Below, in pieces: positions 1 to 7,508 of a stretch of 64,000 nucleotides of DNA. The position numbers and the translations under genes were made by a program. Source of the DNA: Candidatus Omnitrophota bacterium (GTDB lineage: Bacteria; Omnitrophota; Gorgyraeia; Gygaellales; Profunditerraquicolaceae); the NCBI GenBank assembly GCA_043800555.1, contig JAZDMX010000017.1:4068-68067 (forward strand), in the 5' to 3' direction. The notes under the pieces are model-generated. The model worked only from the letters and a program-made list of their open reading frames with translations. It ran no database searches and was not told the origin of the DNA. Within the stretch, counting starts at the first letter, position 1; the number at the start of each line of letters is the position of its first letter.

Positions 1-2739
1 CGTGCCGATGCCGACTTTGGCATTGGCGTAATCGTCGGGATAAAGGTAATAATTGGGGCTGCCGGAATATGTCCAGGGCCCGCCAGTGTAGGAAATATCG
101 GTCCAGGCGCCCACTCCGTTTGCGTCTGAAACCAAAGCATAGGTATTCTGCGCTCCGGTGGGCATCTTAAAACCGGTAGCCTGGATTGTTCCCGTAACAT
201 CCAATTTCTGCGCGGGGCTGGTCGTCCCAATCCCCACATTATAGCCGGTGGAAATCGGATACAATGTGCTTCCGGATAACTTCCAATACCCCTGGGTGCT
301 GCCTCCGGAAGGGGCATAGACGCTACCGGTTACGCGGATGTCTCCGGTAACGTCAAGATCGTAAGCAGGGCTAGTGGTGCCGATGCCGACGTTGCCGCTA
401 CCAGGCCCCACAATAAGCCCGTTATTCCAGGCCCCGGAAACCTCCAGGGCTGCCAGGCCCGTAGCTGCGCCGGCGGTATTTTCGATATATATGCCGTTTT
501 CGGTCACGCCGGAGCCGGAATTCTTTAACGCAAGCATCTTCTGCGTCCCTGTTGTCGTGGAATTGGCCAGGTCCCCGGAGAATAAGCTTATATCCGTCCC
601 GATAGAGGTATCGCTAACCGTATAAGTAGAGTTAAACGGGTAATTTACGGTAAGGTAACGCTGGTTGGCAGTGCCGCCGGAAACATTCCACTGCAAAGCG
701 GCGTTTCCGGAGCCGGAATTCCTCTGAAAGACAACGGCTTTGTAAGTATCCCCTGTTTCGGTAGAGCCGATGGTCCAGGTAGGAGAAGAAGTGGAACCGG
801 TAACGACCGTGCCGGAAATATTATTGGCGTCAACCGTATCGATATAGGCGCTCTTGAAACGATACAGCGCGGTGCCCAGCGAAGCGGTGTTGGTAGTGTA
901 GGAAGTGGTCGGCCGGAATGCGCCGGTTGAATCAAAGACCACTTCGTTATTAAGCCCGGGGTTAAGGCTTAAGAGGTATTTGTTGCCCGAGCCGGCGCTG
1001 GCAGAAGCAACAGATGAAACAGACAAAACAGTATAACCTCCGGTCCCGGAAGTATTATCGGTAAGCGACAGGCTTTCGCCGGTGGTGGACTGGCTATTTC
1101 CGGCGTTGGAAGCCAAAGATTTGGAAAAGAGCGTCCCGGAAGTAAGGGAGTTGTTGGAAAGAGTCAGAGAGTTGCCCGTAGTATTAGAGGCGCTGATATT
1201 GGCTGTGCCGGTAACATCTAATTTTGCCGCAGGCCCGGTTGTTCCGATGCCGACGTTGCCCTGGATAATCGCCCCGTTTTCCGGCGCAGGCGTAGCCCCG
1301 GAATAGCTTGCGCCTACCGCTAGATTGCCCTCGACATCCAGTTTATTGGCCGGGGTAGTGGTGCCGATACCCACATTATAGCTGGTAGAAGTAGGATAAA
1401 GCGAGCTGCCGGTAAGCTTCCAGTAGCCCTGGGTGCTGCCTCCGGAAGGGGCATAGACGTTTCCGGTAGTGCGGATATCTCCGGTAACATCCAGCTCATA
1501 AGCGGGGCTAGTGGTGCCGATGCCGACGTTGCCGGCAAAATACGCCGTGCTGCCGATTCCCAAGGTCCCGGTAACTTGCAAATTATAATCCGGCGCCGTT
1601 GTCCCGATACCGACACGGGAATGCGCGGTATCTAAATCCAGCAAACCCGATTCGATATTCAAGCCGGTAACAGAGGAATCAGCCAGATTTAAGGTAGAGG
1701 CGTTAACCAGGCTTAAAACGGAGGCGTTAACCGTAACCGAGTCGGTTGAGGCATCGCCTAAAGTAGTATTGCCGTCAAGGTAAGCTGCCCCGCCGGATTC
1801 CAATACCCCGGAAACAAATAAATCGCCGTTGGCTAAGGCGTGCGCGGCGCTTGAGGAATCGCCGATTATGGTATATCCGGAAGTAGGCAGAATAGTCAGG
1901 TTTGTCCCGGATACTGTCCGGACAGTATCGGTGTAGAGGTTGCGCCAGGCGGCTGAAGCAGAGCCCAGGCTATAGGTTGAATCCTGGGAAGGAACGATAT
2001 TCCCGCCGACTATCAGGGTGCCGGAATAAGTAATCGTCCCGTCATACGACACGCTGCACCTGCTTGCTCCGCCGACTTGCAAATCCATGAGGTTGCCGGA
2101 AAAAGTGTCCGGGGCATTGAGGGCAAGGAGCGTCCCCAGGGGAGAGCCGTTAAAATGCCCTGAAGTTGAGCCGTCCCAAGCGCCGGAGCCTAAAGAAAGC
2201 AGGCCGTAATTCGCGGAGGCGTCTCCGTTATAAACCTGGAGGCGGCTTGCTCCGCCGACTTGCAAATCCAGAAGCTTATCCGCCAGGCCCGGGGCTGAAG
2301 TTTCGGTAACATCCAGCTTTAATCCAGTGTAATTGCCGGAAACGGCTTTATTGATAGTTGCCCCGAAGTTATAGGCAACTTCGTCTCCGGTAGAAGCGTT
2401 TTTGGTAACCGAGAATACTCCATTGGTAGTTATCGTATCGGAAGCGCTGTCGCCCAAAGTAACATTGCCGTTAGCGGTCAAGGCGCCGGCTACGGTGAGC
2501 AAAGAATCAAGGTAGGTAGCTCCGCTTGACTCTAAAATACCGGTGATAAATAAATCGTTCTGGGTCCTGGCATGATGGTCGGTCCCTGCGCCTACGCCTA
2601 TCTGGGTCTTTCCTCCGGAGCCGGGGGCAATGACCAGGTCTTCGTTATCGGTGGTAGTAATATCCACGGGCACGCCGTCGAATTTCAACTGGCCCGCATA
2701 AGTGAGCCCGCACAGCGCACAGTTCAATATTACCAACAT
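1..2739 (-). CDS. Giant secreted repeat protein, partial (3' end beyond the left edge). It has an N-terminal signal peptide MLVILNCALCGLTYAG and repeated GNVGIGTTSPxxxLDVTG tail-fibre-like motifs.
   Basis: Manual minus-strand translation from the ATG at 2739 stays open all the way to position 1, about 913 codons. The ORF track omits it because there is no stop in the window. Internal ~175-nt DNA repeats occur at about 225-425 and 1355-1550. Confidence 0.6.
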   Translation of the reverse strand, partial: MLVILNCALCGLTYAGQLKFDGVPVDITTTDNEDLVIAPGSGGKTQIGVGAGTDHHARTQNDLFITGILESSGATYLDSLLTVAGALTANGNVTLGDSASDTITTNGVFSVTKNASTGDEVAYNFGATINKAVSGNYTGLKLDVTETSAPGLADKLLDLQVGGASRLQVYNGDASANYGLLSLGSGAWDGSTSGHFNGSPLGTLLALNAPDTFSGNLMDLQVGGASRCSVSYDGTITYSGTLIVGGNIVPSQDSTYSLGSASAAWRNLYTDTVRTVSGTNLTILPTSGYTIIGDSSSAAHALANGDLFVSGVLESGGAAYLDGNTTLGDASTDSVTVNASVLSLVNASTLNLADSSVTGLNIESGLLDLDTAHSRVGIGTTAPDYNLQVTGTLGIGSTAYFAGNVGIGTTSPAYELDVTGDIRTTGNVYAPSGGSTQGYWKLTGSSLYPTSTSYNVGIGTTTPANKLDVEGNLAVGASYSGATPAPENGAIIQGNVGIGTTGPAAKLDVTGTANISASNTTGNSLTLSNNSLTSGTLFSKSLASNAGNSQSTTGESLSLTDNTSGTGGYTVLSVSSVASASAGSGNKYLLSLNPGLNNEVVFDSTGAFRPTTSYTTNTASLGTALYRFKSAYIDTVDANNISGTVVTGSTSSPTWTIGSTETGDTYKAVVFQRNSGSGNAALQWNVSGGTANQRYLTVNYPFNSTYTVSDTSIGTDISLFSGDLANSTTTGTQKMLALKNSGSGVTENGIYIENTAGAATGLAALEVSGAWNNGLIVGPGSGNVGIGTTSPAYDLDVTGDIRVTGSVYAPSGGSTQGYWKLSGSTLYPISTGYNVGIGTTSPAQKLDVTGTIQATGFKMPTGAQNTYALVSDANGVGAWTDISYTGGPWTYSGSPNYYLYPDDYANAKVGIGT

Positions 2740-2754
2740 CAGGAAAAGGGGGAT

Positions 2755-2900
2755 GTTTCTAAAAAAAGGGGACGCGGGAATTGGGGACGTTTCTACTTTT
2801 CCAGAGTTTAAAGCCGGAAAAGTAGAAACGTCCCCAATTCCCGTAGAAACGTCCCCCTTTTCGCAATTTCTAGAAAAGCGGAAACGTCCCTTTTTTTTCG
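2755..2900. repeat. Composite, nested copy of the palindromic REP-like element. It carries extra GGGGACG-cgggaatt units.
   Basis: Contains GGGGACGTTTCTACTTTTC ... GAAAAGTAGAAACGTCCCC plus mirrored flanks. Lies immediately upstream of the start of the giant repeat protein. Confidence 0.85.
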
Positions 2901-2940
2901 TATAATCCGTTATGTTTCCCATATTCTGCTATCGGCTAAA

Positions 2941-3522
2941 TCATTCCGCCCCAAACATAAACGCGGGTTCGTCGGGGATGGCTTCTTCGGAATTCTTAAA
3001 CGCCCCCCTTAAGGTAATTATTCCTCCGCCTCCTCCTAAAACTACTTCTCCGCCTTTCCTTATGTAAAGCGCCTTATCCGTAACATTATCCGGAGCAATC
3101 AATCCGTAAACGAAATTCTCGGCGGTAACCGTTGAATCCGTCCTCCCGCCGGCTGTAAGCGATTTCGCCTTAAAAACTTCAGACACTTTAGAGATAACTA
3201 CGCCGGCCCCCTGCTTGTCGACAACGGCATCATCCGATGAGCCGGGCACTCCTTTGGGGAACCAATTGCCGGCTTTATCCCAGCTTGCCGCGTCGGCCTT
3301 CCCCGACCACTGCTTCGTATCAGCCCGCGCGCCGCTACAAGAAAAAAATAGCACAAAAATGAATAAACTCAAGGAAAATATGAGAGAAAAGGGGGACGAA
3401 AAAAAGGGGGACGTTTCTACTTTTCTGGCGCTAGATTCGGGAAAAGTAGAAACGTCCCCTTTTTTCCCGTTCTCCTTTTCTCCGCTTCTCTTTTCTCTTG
3501 AGACATCCGCATTTTTCTTCAT
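2941..3522 (-). CDS. Secreted hypothetical protein. Its N-terminal region includes a translated REP-like element, followed by a hydrophobic signal-like segment.
   Basis: The 193-aa ORF has its ATG at 3522, overlapping the stop of the upstream gene in an ATGA arrangement. Hydrophobic stretch SLIFSLSLFIFVLFFSCSGARA. Confidence 0.5.
   Translation of the reverse strand: MKKNADVSREKRSGEKENGKKGDVSTFPESSARKVETSPFFSSPFSLIFSLSLFIFVLFFSCSGARADTKQWSGKADAASWDKAGNWFPKGVPGSSDDAVVDKQGAGVVISKVSEVFKAKSLTAGGRTDSTVTAENFVYGLIAPDNVTDKALYIRKGGEVVLGGGGGIITLRGAFKNSEEAIPDEPAFMFGAE
3387..3467. repeat. REP-like palindromic element, copy 2.
   Basis: GGGGGACG aaaaaaa GGGGGACGTTTCTACTTTTC tggcgctagattcgg GAAAAGTAGAAACGTCCCC with a T-run. 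Confidence 0.9.
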
Positions 3523-4832
3523 GGCCTGACAAATAGCGAAGCTCCGCCAATATCCATTTTCTTTACTTCCAAATAAACCTTGCCATCCAGAATTATTTCA
3601 CCCGAGACGTCATTAAAGCCATAATCATACAGGCCATTATACCCCAAACTCAAAAGGTTAAGGCCTAAATCAGCCGCCAGGCGCGGCCGGGCGGAAAAAA
3701 CTTTATTGCCCTCCGGGTATTCTATGGTATAAGTTTCAATAAGCGGCTGGGCCAAACCGGAAATCTTGGAAAATTGGACCTTAAGCACCCAGGAAGAGCC
3801 CCCGCTTTCGGGCTTTGCCTCCAGGATTAAAGAATCTTTATTATCAATACCGCTTAAATTGTCCAGATAGAGCGCCTTGACCTCCCTGGAATCCGGTATA
3901 GGGAACCTCGCCCCTTCCTTCAGCATAAGATTGCCCGAGCGCATCGGCGCGTTACGCAAAGCGACAAAAGTAATGCTTTGGCGCGTACTGCCGTTTTTGC
4001 TTTGCGCGGTAAAAGCGATTTCTATCGCCGTGATTACGGGTATATCGGAAGTTGCTATGGAGCCTTCCGAACCCAATTCGCTATTTGTATTGTCAAAATA
4101 ACGAAATTTAAAATCCGTGATTTTCACCCCGAAAGGATTTTTATAAACCTCTTTCGAACCGTCTTTATCGTCAATAAATACTGCTTGGGCAAGCGGGTCA
4201 TAGCGAAAAGTTACCAGGCAATCGGCGTCTTTTCCATAATCCGGATAAAAAGTAAAACGCAGGTGGCTGCCGGCAGGCACAGCCATATCCAGCTTGAATT
4301 GAGGGTAGTCTTCGGATTTTCCTTTATCGATGAAGGTGACCGGAACAACCTTGTATTCATTGGATTCGGGCAAAAGCGCCTCGGCAATCGGCAGGCTTGC
4401 GCCGGGTTTAATATGTTTATTTAAGGTATAGGTGTTGACCCCGGTATAGACGTCGTGAGTGTCGTCGGTCCAAGGCATAACCGTAACAACTTTTTCAGAA
4501 GTGCCGTCTACCACTTCCAGCGCGTCGCGAAGCCCGTAAGCGCCGGGAAGCCCTTCCACGAGTTCCTCCATAATCCGCGAAGAAGCCTGCTGCAAAAGAA
4601 GCTGATCCTGGGAAATGTCCCAACTTTCCAAGGCAGTCTTCAGGCTGAAATATAACGCGGCTGTGATTAAAGTGGAAATCGCTACGGCGATAACGAGTTC
4701 AATAAGAGTAAACCCCCTGGAAAAGGGGGACGTTCCCGCGGAAAAGGGGGACGTTTCTACTTTTCTGGCGCTAGATTCGGGAAAAGTAGAAACGTCCCCC
4801 TTTTTCAGCTCGCCTTTTCTTCTCATATCCAT
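3519..4832 (-). CDS. Large prepilin-type N-terminal cleavage/methylation domain protein. Possibly a minor pilin or tip-adhesin-like subunit.
   Basis: The motif SRG|FTLIELVIAVAISTLITAALYF is a class III signal with Glu+5. Total length 437 aa. A 40-aa leader includes the translated REP element. Confidence 0.6.
   Translation of the reverse strand: MDMRRKGELKKGDVSTFPESSARKVETSPFSAGTSPFSRGFTLIELVIAVAISTLITAALYFSLKTALESWDISQDQLLLQQASSRIMEELVEGLPGAYGLRDALEVVDGTSEKVVTVMPWTDDTHDVYTGVNTYTLNKHIKPGASLPIAEALLPESNEYKVVPVTFIDKGKSEDYPQFKLDMAVPAGSHLRFTFYPDYGKDADCLVTFRYDPLAQAVFIDDKDGSKEVYKNPFGVKITDFKFRYFDNTNSELGSEGSIATSDIPVITAIEIAFTAQSKNGSTRQSITFVALRNAPMRSGNLMLKEGARFPIPDSREVKALYLDNLSGIDNKDSLILEAKPESGGSSWVLKVQFSKISGLAQPLIETYTIEYPEGNKVFSARPRLAADLGLNLLSLGYNGLYDYGFNDVSGEIILDGKVYLEVKKMDIGGASLFVRP
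4712..4806. repeat. REP-like palindromic element, copy 3, with an extra partial left arm.
   Basis: GGGGGACGttcccgcggaaaaGGGGGACGTTTCTACTTTTC tggcgctagattcgg GAAAAGTAGAAACGTCCCCC. Confidence 0.9.
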
Positions 4833-5326
4833 ATACTGTCCTCGAACAAAGTAGCCACGGAAGCAACCGGCTTCTTAAGGTTATCGCTGCGGTAAACCTC
4901 CACCCTGACCTCCAAAGGGTCCGTATCGGCAAGAACGCGCCGCAAAACCCTCCACTTGGCCTGGTTCATTTCCAAAGGAGGCTCATCCAGTTTTGGCGTC
5001 CAGAGGTCGCCTATTTTTTTAAGGCCGGGCTTGGTAACATTCAAATTCTGGGTCCTTTCCATTTCCCAGCGCGCCAGGTTTACAGCGGTAATCTCTTCTC
5101 CTGAAACCGTAACGGAATAAAGAGCGCTTGAAAAAAGCTGTATCATCGGTATAAAGAGCACGGCGATAACGACAAGCGCGATGAGGATCTCGATAAAAGT
5201 AAATCCCCGGAAAAAAGGGGACGTTTCTACTTTTCCCGGATCTGGCGCCAGAAAAGTAGAAACGTCCCCTTTTTTCCGGGAAAAGTAGAAACGTCCCCCT
5301 TTTTCTTTTTCGATATCAAAACGCAT
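4823..5326 (-). CDS. Minor pseudopilin, GspI/J- or PilV-like, with a prepilin N-terminus.
   Basis: FRG|FTFIEILIALVVIAVLF. The leader contains a translated REP element. Confidence 0.6.
   Translation of the reverse strand: MRFDIEKEKGGRFYFSRKKGDVSTFLAPDPGKVETSPFFRGFTFIEILIALVVIAVLFIPMIQLFSSALYSVTVSGEEITAVNLARWEMERTQNLNVTKPGLKKIGDLWTPKLDEPPLEMNQAKWRVLRRVLADTDPLEVRVEVYRSDNLKKPVASVATLFEDSIWI
5211..5306. repeat. REP-like palindromic element, copy 4 (1.5 copies: one hairpin plus an extra right arm).
   Basis: GGGGACGTTTCTACTTTTC ccggatctggcgccag AAAAGTAGAAACGTCCCC ttttttccggg AAAAGTAGAAACGTCCCCC. Confidence 0.9.
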
Positions 5327-5720
5327 TATACCTCACTTGAACAGCGCGCTTGACGCCGTTACTGTTACCTATAGAAACTATTGTTGATTGCGAATAATCG
5401 TTATACACTTCAAAAACGCCTCCGTTTAATTTCGTGGGAGGGACTATCATATCAAGTTGTTCTTGTTCATCTACAGGCGCTTCCCCTGCCTGGTTCTTAA
5501 GAGCGCTGACTGCCTTGGCGATCCCGGCTTCGGCTAAATATAACGCTCTTGCCCTATCCAGCTCAATCTGGCTTAAGCTCAACACGTTAAAGAACAAAGC
5601 CATAAGGGTCGCCCCTAAAAGAGAAATCGTAAGGATCACAATCAGGACAATCAATAAAATTGCCCCTTTTTCGGCTTGCGGCTTGCGGCGTATGGTTAGC
5701 GCTAAGCGCTCCATTACCAT
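5316..5720 (-). CDS. GspK/PilX-like minor pseudopilin N-terminal domain protein.
   Basis: EKGAILLIVLIVILTISLLGATLMALF followed by ELDRARALYLAEAGI, resembling the GspK/PilX N-terminal helix. It has no Glu+5. Confidence 0.5.
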   Translation of the reverse strand: MVMERLALTIRRKPQAEKGAILLIVLIVILTISLLGATLMALFFNVLSLSQIELDRARALYLAEAGIAKAVSALKNQAGEAPVDEQEQLDMIVPPTKLNGGVFEVYNDYSQSTIVSIGNSNGVKRAVQVRYNAF

Positions 5721-6259
5721 TCAGAAGGCACCTCGCCTTTGTTTTTTCCCCACTTATCGCTCAAAGGCTCGGTTACATTCACTACCACCTTGGCTTTATC
5801 CGTATAATACGCCCAGCCTCCTGCGCCGGACAGATCCTCGTCGCTCTTAAGGTCTACAAAAGAATTGCTGCCTGCTTTGGAAGAAACCATCTCCAGGGGA
5901 AGTTTGGCTAAGTATGGCTGCTTAACGCCCATATCATCGTAGCTCCTGGTCAAGAGATCAGAAAGCGCCACGGGATATTCCCCTTCTTTGGCGCGGAACA
6001 TCGCGATGCGCGTGCGCAGCGTATTTAAATTGGTGAGTGTGGCCGAAACCTTTGCTTCCGTATCAAAACCAATGAAATTAGGAATAATAGTCGCTGCCAA
6101 TATCGCGATGATAGAAATAACAATTAGAAGCTCAAGCAAAGTGAAGCCCTTAGAAAAGGGGGACGTTTCTACTTTTCTGGCACGAGGCTTGCGAAAAGTA
6201 GAAACGTCCCCCTTTTCCGCGCCCCCTTTTTCCTTCCGGAAAGATAATGCTAACCTCAT
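5714..6259 (-). CDS. gspG: GspG/PulG-like major pseudopilin (type II secretion / type IV pilin-like).
   Basis: SKG|FTLLELLIVISIIAILAATIIPNF is a textbook GspG N-terminus. The 38-aa leader includes a translated REP element. Confidence 0.75.
   Translation of the reverse strand: MRLALSFRKEKGGAEKGDVSTFRKPRARKVETSPFSKGFTLLELLIVISIIAILAATIIPNFIGFDTEAKVSATLTNLNTLRTRIAMFRAKEGEYPVALSDLLTRSYDDMGVKQPYLAKLPLEMVSSKAGSNSFVDLKSDEDLSGAGGWAYYTDKAKVVVNVTEPLSDKWGKNKGEVPSEW
6153..6233. repeat. REP-like palindromic element, copy 5.
   Basis: GGGGGACGTTTCTACTTTTC tggcacgaggcttgc GAAAAGTAGAAACGTCCCCC. Confidence 0.9.
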
Positions 6260-6263
6260 TTTC

Positions 6264-7508
6264 CTACCTCCTGATAACGCTGATTAGATTAAAAATAGGC
6301 AATAAAACAGATAGGGCGATAAAAGCCACAATCGAACCCATTACCAAAAGCATTGCCGGCTCAAGCAGGCTGGTAAGGTTACGCACCGTAAATTCGATTT
6401 CCGGCTCATAAAAAGAGGCTATCTGGTCGAACATCTGGTCAAGCCTCCCTGTGCGCTCTCCCGTGTTAATCAACTGTATAACCATAGGCGGGAATAAACC
6501 CGACGCCTGGAAAGGCTCGGTTAAGCTTTGCCCTTGCGAAATAGCTAACCGGGTGTCTTTAATCATCTTTTGCAGGACAACATTAGGAATAGTATTCTCT
6601 ACCACCGAAAGCGCTTCTAACACCGGGACTCCGGATTTGGTAAGGGCGGCTATAGAACGCGATAAGCGGCTGGTTATGACCTTAAGGGTCAGCGGCCCAA
6701 ACAACGGAAGCCGCAGAAGCAAGAAATCAATGCGGTAGCGGCCCGCCGAAGTCCGGTAATAATTCCTTAAAGCGTTTAGGCCAATGATAGCTGCCAGGCC
6801 GATTAACCACCAGAAATTCCTTACGATATAGCTTAAAGAAAGCAGGGTTTTTGTAGGTAAGGGCAACTTGGCCGAAGAGGCTTCAAATATGGCAACGAAT
6901 TTAGGGAGGACCGCGACCAAAACAAAATTCACGATAACAAAAGCTACCAAGCCCAGCACTATAGGATAAACCAATGCCGAACGGATCCGGCTGCGCAGGT
7001 CAATCTCCTGCGTGCTTAATTCCGCCAGCCTGCTCAAGACCTTATCCAGCATGCCTCCGGCTTCCCCCACTTTGATTAAGCTTACATATAAATTCTCGAA
7101 GATACCGGGGTAGCGGGCAAGCGATTCCGAAAAACTCAATCCCTCCTCTAAAGAAGAAATAATATCTTTTATGACCGACTTAAACCTCGAATTTTGCGTC
7201 TGGCCTAAAACATTTTCCAGGCTTGTAATTAACGGGGCGCCGGTAGAAATAAGGGTGCTTAACTGTCGAGTAAATACAAGCAACTCCTGGCGCGAAACTC
7301 TTCTCACCCAGAAAGGGGAGGGCGTTTCCACTTTTCCCGAGCTTGGCGCCGAAAAAGTGGAAACGCCCTCCCCTTTTTCCGCTATGTCAACCGGGCTAAG
7401 GCCGAGTTTCTCTATTGACAAGGCTGCTTTTGTTTCGTCTTCGGCATCAATGACCCCTTGAGCCAAAGCGCCTTGGGCATCTCTTGCTTTATAGCTAAAG
7501 GTTGTCAT
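6264..7508 (-). CDS. pilC: Type II secretion system protein F / type IV pilus platform protein PilC. A 23-codon REP-like element is inserted in-frame.
   Basis: The N-terminus reads MTTFSYKARDAQGALAQGVIDAEDETKAALSIEKLGLSPV, then the insertion GEGVSTFSAPSSGKVETPSPF, then SRQELLVFTRQLSTLISTGAPL and three TM segments. Confidence 0.85.
   Translation of the reverse strand: MTTFSYKARDAQGALAQGVIDAEDETKAALSIEKLGLSPVDIAEKGEGVSTFSAPSSGKVETPSPFWVRRVSRQELLVFTRQLSTLISTGAPLITSLENVLGQTQNSRFKSVIKDIISSLEEGLSFSESLARYPGIFENLYVSLIKVGEAGGMLDKVLSRLAELSTQEIDLRSRIRSALVYPIVLGLVAFVIVNFVLVAVLPKFVAIFEASSAKLPLPTKTLLSLSYIVRNFWWLIGLAAIIGLNALRNYYRTSAGRYRIDFLLLRLPLFGPLTLKVITSRLSRSIAALTKSGVPVLEALSVVENTIPNVVLQKMIKDTRLAISQGQSLTEPFQASGLFPPMVIQLINTGERTGRLDQMFDQIASFYEPEIEFTVRNLTSLLEPAMLLVMGSIVAFIALSVLLPIFNLISVIRR
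7310..7380. repeat. Variant REP-like palindrome (subfamily) lying in-frame inside pilC.
   Basis: GGGGAGGGCGTTTCCACTTTT cccgagcttggcgccg AAAAAGTGGAAACGCCCTCCCC. The arms differ from the main family but remain perfectly complementary to each other. Confidence 0.8.

Noticed and set aside
3372-3522. An alternative TTG start at 3372 for gene 2941..3522, downstream of the REP element. It would give MSLFIFVLFFSC....
   Set aside because: It has no charged n-region and no Shine-Dalgarno sequence. The ATG at 3522 overlaps the stop of the upstream gene in an ATGA arrangement, like the other genes of the operon. It is kept as a possibility only.
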